Shown: positions 56,778 to 64,000 of the stretch, piece by piece | How the letters are laid out: each line of letters starts with the position of its first letter | Numbering within the stretch: position 1 is the first letter of the stretch | From: Eubacteriales bacterium | GTDB lineage: Bacteria > Bacillota > Clostridia > Oscillospirales > UBA644 | DNA length: 64,000 bases | Reading direction: 5' to 3' | Assembly (NCBI GenBank): GCA_045635765.1 | Contig: JAZTWH010000077.1 | Coordinates: 10,369-74,368, forward strand | Position numbers and translations under genes: made by a program | Notes under the pieces: generated by a model | What the model was told of the DNA's origin: nothing | What the model saw: the letters and a program-made list of their open reading frames with translations, nothing else | Databases searched by the model: none

Positions 56778-57848
56778 ATGGTGAAAGAATACGGATACGA
56801 GTATAACGCATTGACCGATGAGCAGTTGCTGTCTCGCACCGGATGGTCCGGAACCGACGAAACCCTCTGGGGTGCCCACTGCCTGCGAAGCGGAAGAGAT
56901 GCCCTGAAGGTAGTTGCAAGGGAACATCCGAACACTACGGTATTTTTGCCGTCATTATGTTGCGACTCGATGATAACCCCCTTTGAGGCGTATGGCTGCG
57001 ACGTTGTTTTTTACCCGTTGACAAGGGATATTACGGTGGATTTCTCTGCCTTGACGGAGGAACTCCAACGGTGCAACGGGCAAGGACTTCTCCTGTTTTA
57101 CGATTATTTTGGGATCCCAATGTTTTCGCCGAATCAGTTCGCTCTTTTGAAGAAGCGGTTCGGGGATTTGATTTTGGTAAAAGATATCACCCACACCCTG
57201 TTGAGGGAAAAAGATTCGGAACCCTCTGTGGACTACACCATCGCCAGCCTTCGCAAATGGACCAACATTCCCGATGGGGGATTACTTTGGACAAACCGAA
57301 AATTAAATCCCCTGCTTTTATCCGAGGACCATACCTTTGCCGAACAGAGATTATGTGCCCAATGCTTGAGAACAGCATATTTTGAAACCGGTGACGAAAC
57401 CGTGAAAACCCGATACAGAAAACTGTTTTCCCACGTATCGTCTCTACTGGATGAAGACCCGTCACCCATCAAAATGACAGAATATTCTTATCAATCGGCC
57501 ATCCGTACGGATTGGTCCGAAATCAGAAGCAAACGCAGAGAAAACGCAGAGGTCTTAACCGAATTTTTTTCCGGCAACGAAAATCTTCAGATATTAAACG
57601 CCGGCATAATGGCGAGCGATTTATATCTTCCCATCACCGTCAAGAACCAAGACACGGTGCAGAAAATCTTATCCTCAAAGGGAATTTTCAACACGGTCAT
57701 TTGGCCTTTAAGGGAAACGCAAACCGCAGCATGCCCCACGGCAAAATACATTACCGAACACATGCTGGCAGTACCGTGCGACCAAAGATACACAAAGGAC
57801 GATATGTCATATATCGGGACAGAAATAGCGAGGATTGTCAATGAATAA
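56778..57848 (+). CDS. Divergent DegT/WecE-like PLP-fold protein of unassigned reaction
   Basis: ...RSGRDALKVVARE...VFLPSLCCDSMITPFEAYGCDVVFYPL... and ...ASLRKWTNIPDGGLLW. The Lys sits at the same spacing from the GG as the catalytic Lys in SFHAVKNLTTAEGG of the neighbouring transaminase. Otherwise poorly conserved. Confidence 0.65.
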   Translation: MVKEYGYEYNALTDEQLLSRTGWSGTDETLWGAHCLRSGRDALKVVAREHPNTTVFLPSLCCDSMITPFEAYGCDVVFYPLTRDITVDFSALTEELQRCNGQGLLLFYDYFGIPMFSPNQFALLKKRFGDLILVKDITHTLLREKDSEPSVDYTIASLRKWTNIPDGGLLWTNRKLNPLLLSEDHTFAEQRLCAQCLRTAYFETGDETVKTRYRKLFSHVSSLLDEDPSPIKMTEYSYQSAIRTDWSEIRSKRRENAEVLTEFFSGNENLQILNAGIMASDLYLPITVKNQDTVQKILSSKGIFNTVIWPLRETQTAACPTAKYITEHMLAVPCDQRYTKDDMSYIGTEIARIVNE

Positions 57849-59037
57849 GAAGATCATGATCCTGGGAGCAAGCATCCTGCAGCTTCCCGCCATTCAGCAA
57901 GCCAAGAGCATGGGATGCCGGGTTGTGGCCGTGGATATGGATCCCAACGCAATCGGATTTCGGGAAGAGGGCATCGAAAAGGAAGTCATCAGTACCATTG
58001 ACATTCCCGCCGTGCTGGAAGCGGCGAAGCGACACCGCATTGACGGGATCATGACCTTAGCAAGCGACATGCCCATGCGTACGGTTGCCTGTATCGGAAA
58101 AGAACTGGGACTTCCGGCCATCAGCGAAGAAGCCGCCTTTCGGGCAACGGACAAGTACGCCATGCGAAAAGCACTGAAACAAAATAACGTTCCGGTCCCG
58201 GATTTTTTCGGAGTACAAACCGTTGATGAATTAAGGGCCGCCGTATCAAAGCTCCCCGGGGAACAATATATCATGAAGCCTGCGGACAGCTCCGGGAGCA
58301 GAGGCGTGCATTTGCTCTGCCGAACGGAAGACCCGGTAGGGGAATTCCGCGAGACCCTTCGCTTTTCCCGAAGCAATACCGTGGTGGTTGAAGAATTTAT
58401 GATGGGTCCCGAAGTCAGCGTCGAATCCATTACCGCAAAAGGAAAGACCGACATCATCGCAATCACCGATAAAATCATTGTCGGTGACGGAAATTTTACG
58501 GAAATCGGGCACACCCAGCCTTCCATGCTGGGATGGGAGATCCAAGAAGAGATCAAGAGAGTTGTCCGGCAAACCATCACCGCAATCGGCATCGACCACT
58601 CTCCCAGCCATACGGAACTGAAGGTAACTCCCTCTGGCGTCAAGGTCGTAGAGATCGGAGCCAGATTGGGCGGAGATAACATAACGACCCACCTGGTTCC
58701 CCTGTCGACGGGGGTAAACATGGTAGAGGCCTGCATTCTCCTCGCCCTAGGGGAGCCGTTACCCCAATACGAGAAGCAGTCCCGCAGTGCGGCAATTCGG
58801 TATCTCAACCCCACGCCCGGCATCATAACGGCCATCGAAGGAGTAGAAAACGCCTCGGAAATTCCCGGAGTAAAAAGCGTTCGGTTATTGCGTGAAATCG
58901 GAGATCCGATCACACCCATTACCTGCAGCTCCGATCGGATTGGCTTTGTTATTGCCCAAGGATCCCCCGACCGGTCTGCCGCAGAAATATGTGAACAAGC
59001 CATAAAAGAGATTAAGATAGAGGTGAATTCCCAATAG
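57841..59037 (+). CDS. ATP-grasp carboxylate-amine ligase
   Basis: MNKKIMILGASILQLPAIQQAK...TDKYAMRKALKQNNVPVP...YIMKPADSSGSRGVHLL...VVVEEFMMGPEVSVESI.... Its ATG overlaps the upstream stop (ATGAATAA). Confidence 0.85.
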   Translation: MNKKIMILGASILQLPAIQQAKSMGCRVVAVDMDPNAIGFREEGIEKEVISTIDIPAVLEAAKRHRIDGIMTLASDMPMRTVACIGKELGLPAISEEAAFRATDKYAMRKALKQNNVPVPDFFGVQTVDELRAAVSKLPGEQYIMKPADSSGSRGVHLLCRTEDPVGEFRETLRFSRSNTVVVEEFMMGPEVSVESITAKGKTDIIAITDKIIVGDGNFTEIGHTQPSMLGWEIQEEIKRVVRQTITAIGIDHSPSHTELKVTPSGVKVVEIGARLGGDNITTHLVPLSTGVNMVEACILLALGEPLPQYEKQSRSAAIRYLNPTPGIITAIEGVENASEIPGVKSVRLLREIGDPITPITCSSDRIGFVIAQGSPDRSAAEICEQAIKEIKIEVNSQ

Positions 59038-59038
59038 T

Positions 59039-60265
59039 ATGAGAACAAACGTATGGATTTTTAACCACTATGCCGCCCCACCCCACTTGGAAACCCGGGT
59101 AAGAAACAACGCCATGGCAAAGTATTTGATGCAAGCGGGCTATAACGTCACGATCTTTTCGGCATCCACCGTTCACAACACCGACATCAATCTCATTACA
59201 GACGGATCTCCTTTCCTTGAAAAGGAGTACGACGGTCTGAAATTTGTCCATATTAACGTTCCGAAATATTCGGGGAACGGTATTTCCAGAAAGCTGAATT
59301 TATTGTCCTTTCCCTACCGTTTATGGAAATACACGAAAAAACTCAAGAGTAAGCCCGACGTCATTGTCAACGACCTTGACGTCATGGCCTTTGATTTCCC
59401 CTTCATGATCGCAAACCGCTACCGCTGTCCCATCATAACGGAGGTTCGTGACCTTTGGCCGGAAAGCATCATTGAGTACGGGATGATGAAGCGGAACAGT
59501 CTTTTGGCCAGATTCTTGTATGCAGTAGAACGCAGAATGTATATAAAGTCCGACCACGTTGTGTTTTCCATGGAAGGCGGATACGACTACATTCTTGAAA
59601 AAGGATGGGGCAAGGTCATTCCCCAAGAAAAGGTCCACTACGTGAATAACGGTGTAGATCTTTCGTTGTTTCAAAGCAACAAAGAGCATTATCCGGTGGT
59701 GGATTCGGATCTGAGCAACCCGGAAGCCTTTAACGTTGTCTACACCGGATCCATCCGCACGGTAAACAATTTGGGGCTCTTGCTGGATGCGGCAAAAAAT
59801 ATTAAAAACTCTAAAATCAAATTCCTCATTTGGGGAGACGGAGACGAGCTGGAGAACTTGAAGCAACGGGCAAAGGACGAAGCCATTGGCAACGTTATTT
59901 TCAAAGGTACCGTTGAAAAGCAATACATTCCTTCCATAGTCAGCCAAGCCGACCTTAACATTGCCCACAATACTCCTTCTCCTCTGTTTCGCTTTGGGAT
60001 CAGTTTCAACAAGCTGTTTGACTATCTCGCGGCAGAACGGCCTATCTTATCGGACTTTCCCTGTAAATACAACCCCGCGGTGCAATGGGGTGCCGGAACG
60101 GAGGTTTCGGATCCTTCTGCAGAGAACATCGCAAAGGCCATTGAATCCTATCCCACTCTGACCCGGGATGAGATTGAGAAATTCCAAAGAAACGCAAGGG
60201 AAGCCTCGAAGGAATTTGACTTTGCAAATCTTACGGAAAAATTAATTGACATTATTGAAAAATAA
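59039..60265 (+). CDS. GT4-family (GT-B) glycosyltransferase, WbuB-like
   Basis: MRTNVWIFNHYAAPP...RNNAMAKYLMQAGYNVTIF... and C-terminal ...VYTGSIRTVNNL...GDGDELENLK.... Confidence 0.85.
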   Translation: MRTNVWIFNHYAAPPHLETRVRNNAMAKYLMQAGYNVTIFSASTVHNTDINLITDGSPFLEKEYDGLKFVHINVPKYSGNGISRKLNLLSFPYRLWKYTKKLKSKPDVIVNDLDVMAFDFPFMIANRYRCPIITEVRDLWPESIIEYGMMKRNSLLARFLYAVERRMYIKSDHVVFSMEGGYDYILEKGWGKVIPQEKVHYVNNGVDLSLFQSNKEHYPVVDSDLSNPEAFNVVYTGSIRTVNNLGLLLDAAKNIKNSKIKFLIWGDGDELENLKQRAKDEAIGNVIFKGTVEKQYIPSIVSQADLNIAHNTPSPLFRFGISFNKLFDYLAAERPILSDFPCKYNPAVQWGAGTEVSDPSAENIAKAIESYPTLTRDEIEKFQRNAREASKEFDFANLTEKLIDIIEK

Positions 60266-60283
60266 GAAGCAAGGGGACATATC

Positions 60284-61411
60284 ATGCAATTCATTGACTT
60301 GAAAGCCCAATACAATGCACTGAAAGATCAAATTGATGCCAAGATACATGAGGTATTGGACGCCGGACAGTATATCGGTGGCACTCCCGTGAAAGAATTG
60401 GAAGAGGCCTTGGCCTCTTACGTGGGACGCAAGCATTGCATTTCCTGTGCAAACGGCACAGACGCCCTGCAGATTGCGTACATGGTTTACGGCGTCGGAG
60501 AGGGAGATGCGGTCTTTTGCCCCGACATCACCTTTATTTCCTCCACCGAACCTTCCAAGATGCTGGGGGCGACCTCCGTCTTCTGCGACATTCAGCCGGA
60601 CACCTACAATTTGTGCCCCAAAAGCCTGGAAAAACAAATTCAAGGAGTTCTTGCGGAGGGAAAACTGACTCCCAAGGCTGTCGTTGCCGTAGACATTTTG
60701 GGCAATCCCTGTGACTACGATGCCATTCTTCCCATTTGTGAAAAATACGGGCTCATCTTAATCGAAGACGCCGCCCAAAGCTTCGGCGCTTCCTACAAGG
60801 GCAAGAAGTGCTGTGCCTTTGGCCACATCGCAACCACCTCCTTCTTCCCTGCCAAGCCTTTGGGATGCTACGGAGACGGCGGTGCCATCTTTGTAGACGA
60901 CGATGAGATTGCGGCAATCATCCGCTCTGTCTGCGTTCACGGGAAAGGCCCCAAGGGAAAATACGACAACGTCCGAGTGGGGATGAATTCCCGTCTCGAC
61001 ACCCTTCAGGCCGCCATTCTGATGCCTAAATTTGAAGCTCTGCGGGACTACGAGGTCTCCCGGCGTCAGCAGGTGGCAGAGCGTTACAACAACGCCTTTG
61101 CCGGAGCCTTCACCACGCCCTTCGTGCAAAAAGACTGCGTCTCGGTCTATGCTCAATATGCCATTCTTGCAAAGGACACCGAAACCCGGGACCGGGTCGT
61201 TTCCCATTTGAAGGAAAAGAACATTCCCAACATGATTTATTACCCCACCCCTCAGCACGCATTGCCCGTCTTCCGCGAAGAGCCTCATTACGGAGAAACC
61301 TTTGTCAATGCGGATGATTACTGTGCAAGGACCCTATCTCTTCCCATGCATCCTTACCTGGAGGAAGAAGAACAGCAGATTATCATCAATGCAGTATTGG
61401 AGGCCTTATAA
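60284..61411 (+). CDS. DegT-family aminotransferase, WbpE-like (UDP-2-acetamido-2-deoxy-3-oxo-glucuronate aminotransferase)
   Basis: MQFIDLKAQYNALKDQIDAKIHEVLDAGQYIGG...SFFPAKPLGCYGDGGAIF. Context includes WbpD, WbpA and WbpB homologs. Confidence 0.85.
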   Translation: MQFIDLKAQYNALKDQIDAKIHEVLDAGQYIGGTPVKELEEALASYVGRKHCISCANGTDALQIAYMVYGVGEGDAVFCPDITFISSTEPSKMLGATSVFCDIQPDTYNLCPKSLEKQIQGVLAEGKLTPKAVVAVDILGNPCDYDAILPICEKYGLILIEDAAQSFGASYKGKKCCAFGHIATTSFFPAKPLGCYGDGGAIFVDDDEIAAIIRSVCVHGKGPKGKYDNVRVGMNSRLDTLQAAILMPKFEALRDYEVSRRQQVAERYNNAFAGAFTTPFVQKDCVSVYAQYAILAKDTETRDRVVSHLKEKNIPNMIYYPTPQHALPVFREEPHYGETFVNADDYCARTLSLPMHPYLEEEEQQIIINAVLEAL

Positions 61412-61989
61412 TGGAAAAAAACTATTTCGTCCACGAATCCAGTTACGTGGATGATGGTTGCAGCATTGGAGAGGGAACCAAAATTTGGCACTTTTCCCAC
61501 ATTATGAAGGACTGTACCGTCGGAAAAAAATGCAACATCGGACAGAACGTGGTCATCTCCCCCGGAGTAATTCTCGGTAACGGAGTCAAGATTCAAAATA
61601 ACGTTTCCGTTTATACCGGTGTGGTTTGCGAAGACGGTGTTTTTCTCGGTCCGTCCTGCGTGTTTACCAACGTCATCAATCCAAGAGCCTTCATTGAACG
61701 AAAAGACGAATACCGCAAAACCGTCATAAAAAAAGGTGCCAGCATTGGAGCAAACGCCACTATCGTTTGCGGCCACGACATTGGGAAATACGCCTTCGTG
61801 GGTGCCGGTGCGGTCGTCACAAAAGACGTTCCCGATTACGCTATGGTTTACGGAACTCCGGCCCGAGTCCGGGGGTACGTATGCCAATGCGGTGCGAAAT
61901 TGCATTTTTCAGACGGGAAGGCAACTTGCCCCGCCTGTGAAAAAAAGTATATTATCACAAATCAAAACACTGTAGAGGAGAATGATTAA
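61411..61989 (+). CDS. Left-handed beta-helix N-acetyltransferase, WbpD-like
   Basis: ...VHESSYVDDGCSIGEGTKIWHFSHIM... hexapeptide repeats ...VYGTPARVRGYVCQCG. Shares one base with the upstream stop (TAATG). Confidence 0.85.
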   Translation: MEKNYFVHESSYVDDGCSIGEGTKIWHFSHIMKDCTVGKKCNIGQNVVISPGVILGNGVKIQNNVSVYTGVVCEDGVFLGPSCVFTNVINPRAFIERKDEYRKTVIKKGASIGANATIVCGHDIGKYAFVGAGAVVTKDVPDYAMVYGTPARVRGYVCQCGAKLHFSDGKATCPACEKKYIITNQNTVEEND

Positions 61990-61990
61990 G

Positions 61991-63310
61991 ATGTCTATCA
62001 AGCAAGAACTCATTCAGAAAATTGAGAACAAAACCCTCACCATGGGTGTTTGCGGTCTGGGTTACGTAGGACTCCCCTTGGCCGTGGACAAGGCCAAGCA
62101 CGGATTCAAGACTCTGGGCTTTGACGTGCAGCAGGCAAAGGTAGATCTTGTGAACGCCGGAAAGAACTATATCGGAGACGTTGTAGACTCTGATCTGGAG
62201 GAACTGGTTGCCTCCGGCATGCTGAAGGCAACCACGGATTTTTCCAAGATCTGTGATATGGACTTTATTGCCATCTGTGTTCCCACTCCCCTGGATGCAC
62301 ATCAGCAACCCGACATCAGTTACGTCCGTTCTTCGGCTGAAGCCATCGCAAAGCATCTGAAGCGGGGCAGCATGGTCGTTTTGGAATCCACCACGTATCC
62401 CGGGACCACCGAAGAATTGCTTAAGCCCATTCTGGAAAACGGAAGCGGCCTGAAATGCGGCGAAGACTTCTATCTTGGATTCTCCCCCGAACGGGTCGAT
62501 CCCGGCAACCTGATCTACAAAACCAGCAATACCCCCAAGGTCGTCGGTGCCATCGGTGATGATGCGGTGGAAGTGATCGCTATGGTCTACCGTTCCATTT
62601 TGGACAGCGATATTCATACCGTCTCCTCTCCCGCCGTTGCAGAAATGGAAAAAATTCTTGAAAACACCTACCGCAACATCAACATCGGTCTGGTGAACGA
62701 GTTGGCAATCCTCTGCAACAAAATGGGCATTAACATTTGGCAAGTTATTGACGCTGCAAAGACCAAGCCCTACGGCTTCCAGGCCTTCTATCCCGGCCCC
62801 GGCCTGGGTGGTCACTGCATCCCCCTCGATCCCTACTATTTGAGCTGGAAAGCCCGGGAATACGGCTTCCACACCTCTATGATCGAATCCTCTATGATGG
62901 TCAACGACCGGATGCCCGAATACACCGTTGAACGGGCCGGAAAGATCCTGAACCGTCATAAAAAAGCCCTCAACGGGTCCAAGGTTTTGGTTCTCGGCGT
63001 TGCTTACAAGCAGGACATTGACGACTATCGGGAAAGCCCTGCCATCCGCGTTATCGAAGAATTCCACAAGACCGGTGCGAACGTCGATTTCTACGATCCC
63101 TTCGTCTCCAAATACCGGGAAAAGGGCCAGTGGTACGAAGGAATCGCCGGCATTGACACCGACGTTCTGAACAGCTACGACCTGGTCTGCATCACCACCG
63201 CCCACTCCAACGTGGACTACGAAATGGTCTGCAACGCAGGCGTCCCCGTATTCGACTGCAAGAACGTCACCAAGAACGTAGCCAACAGAACGAATATCGA
63301 AGTTCTCTGA
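61991..63310 (+). CDS. UDP-N-acetyl-hexosamine 6-dehydrogenase, WbpA-like
   Basis: ...MGVCGLGYVGLPLA...FIAICVPTP...GPGLGGHCIPLDP.... ATG 61991 is preferred because the GAGGAG spacing suits it. Confidence 0.85.
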   Translation: MSIKQELIQKIENKTLTMGVCGLGYVGLPLAVDKAKHGFKTLGFDVQQAKVDLVNAGKNYIGDVVDSDLEELVASGMLKATTDFSKICDMDFIAICVPTPLDAHQQPDISYVRSSAEAIAKHLKRGSMVVLESTTYPGTTEELLKPILENGSGLKCGEDFYLGFSPERVDPGNLIYKTSNTPKVVGAIGDDAVEVIAMVYRSILDSDIHTVSSPAVAEMEKILENTYRNINIGLVNELAILCNKMGINIWQVIDAAKTKPYGFQAFYPGPGLGGHCIPLDPYYLSWKAREYGFHTSMIESSMMVNDRMPEYTVERAGKILNRHKKALNGSKVLVLGVAYKQDIDDYRESPAIRVIEEFHKTGANVDFYDPFVSKYREKGQWYEGIAGIDTDVLNSYDLVCITTAHSNVDYEMVCNAGVPVFDCKNVTKNVANRTNIEVL

Positions 63311-63358
63311 TTCCGCAATACTCCCTCAATCTATCATCATTCATACGGAGATAAAACA

Positions 63359-64000
63359 ATGAATTATGCACTGATCGGCTGCGGCCGTATATCCACCAAT
63401 CATATCAAGGCTGCCGTCAACAATCAACTGAACATTGTCGCCGTCTGCGACATTCTTCCCGAGGCCATGGAAAACGTACTTGCCAAACACGGTTTGGAAA
63501 AGGATCCTTCCATCAAGCGTTATACGGACTACAAAAAAATGCTGGAAGAAAATGACGTCACCCTGGTCAGCATTGCAACGGAATCGGGCAGCCATGCAGA
63601 AATCGCCCTTCACTGCATCGACAACGGGATTCACGTGATCATCGAAAAGCCCATGGCTATGTCGATAGCAGATGCGGAGGAAATTATTCGCCGCAGTGAA
63701 GCCAAGGGCGTAAAGGTCTCCGCCTGCCACCAAAATCGGTTCAATATCGCCGTTCAGGAGATGCGTCGGGCCCTGGAAACGGGACGGTTCGGTCGAATTT
63801 CCCACGGGTCCATCCACGTTCGGTGGAACCGAAATCAGGATTATTACACCCAAGCCCCCTGGAGAGGAACTTGGGCACAGGACGGCGGATGTCTGATGAA
63901 TCAGTGCATCCACGGCATTGACCTTCTCCGTTGGATGATGGGAGATGAGGTGGAAGAAATCTACGGGGTCACCAAGCAGCAGTTCCACGACTATCTGGAA
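63359..64000 (+). CDS. Gfo/Idh/MocA oxidoreductase, WbpB-like, N-terminal 214 codons; runs off the right edge
   Basis: Absent from the ORF track because it is open at the edge. My translation: MNYALIGCGRISTNHIKAAVNN...VIIEKPMAMSIADAEEII...ACHQNRFN...WRGTWAQDGGCLMNQCIHGIDLL. GGAG sits 9 nt upstream. Confidence 0.8.
   Translation, partial: MNYALIGCGRISTNHIKAAVNNQLNIVAVCDILPEAMENVLAKHGLEKDPSIKRYTDYKKMLEENDVTLVSIATESGSHAEIALHCIDNGIHVIIEKPMAMSIADAEEIIRRSEAKGVKVSACHQNRFNIAVQEMRRALETGRFGRISHGSIHVRWNRNQDYYTQAPWRGTWAQDGGCLMNQCIHGIDLLRWMMGDEVEEIYGVTKQQFHDYLE

Noticed and set aside
57894-59048. 384-aa minus ORF opposite the ATP-grasp gene
   Set aside because: It is an antisense shadow rich in Ser, Thr and Pro with no RBS. 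The + frame is translationally coupled to its neighbours.
61955-63205. 416-aa minus ORF opposite the WbpA-like dehydrogenase. The same applies to 63341-63988 opposite the WbpB-like gene, 54062-54895 opposite capD and 21885-22589 opposite scpA.
   Set aside because: All are Gly/Val/Asp-rich antisense frames of well-supported + strand genes.

Overview
Manual reading of a 64-kb chromosomal segment, roughly 50-55% GC by eye. It comes from a spore-forming Firmicute of the class Clostridia; any finer taxonomy is a guess. Gene density is high and orientation switches in blocks. From left to right the window holds:
- an iorA / Na+-solute symporter / acyl-CoA ligase operon
- an isolated rplJ-rplL pair with its L10 leader, and radC
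- a rhamnose operon (regulator+rhaB in one frame, rhaA, rhaD)
- an orphan 611-aa polytopic membrane protein
- an ABC ATPase/permease/anchored-exoprotein operon
- a five-tRNA operon (Val-Asp-Phe-Gly-Cys)
- a SpoU methyltransferase, secG and a metallophosphoesterase
- an M50 protease pair followed by scpA-scpB-DUF2953-ytfJ, then gap
- a decayed fragment of a mobile-element polyvalent protein beside tRNA-Ala/tRNA-Ser
- potABCD, tRNA-Arg and a CPA2 antiporter
- a polyol/rare-sugar operon (two Zn-dehydrogenases, RpiB, ROK kinase) with a divergent AraC regulator
- pyk, then MarR plus two ABC exporters, divergent from a MATE pump
- a DUF3048 lipoprotein
- a FecB/BtuF-type uptake operon led by a small sulfite/nitrite-reductase-like protein
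- a CPBP protease and a decayed TRIC/UPF0126 gene
- the left part of a surface-glycan locus that runs off the right edge

I found no CRISPR array, intact mobile element or recognisable defence system. The observations most worth follow-up are:
1. In the glycan locus, a divergent PLP-fold protein is translationally coupled to an ATP-grasp ligase. The pair sits where a 4-N-acetyltransferase would be expected, next to a full WbpA/B/E/D-type module.
2. The AraC regulator and the rhamnulokinase share one frame, and an internal SD+TTG start is preserved at the junction.
3. A siroheme-type reductase-like gene is coupled to an uptake ABC system.
4. A frameshifted polyvalent-protein remnant lies at a tRNA.

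All calls rest on my own translation, motif and fold reading. No database search was run.
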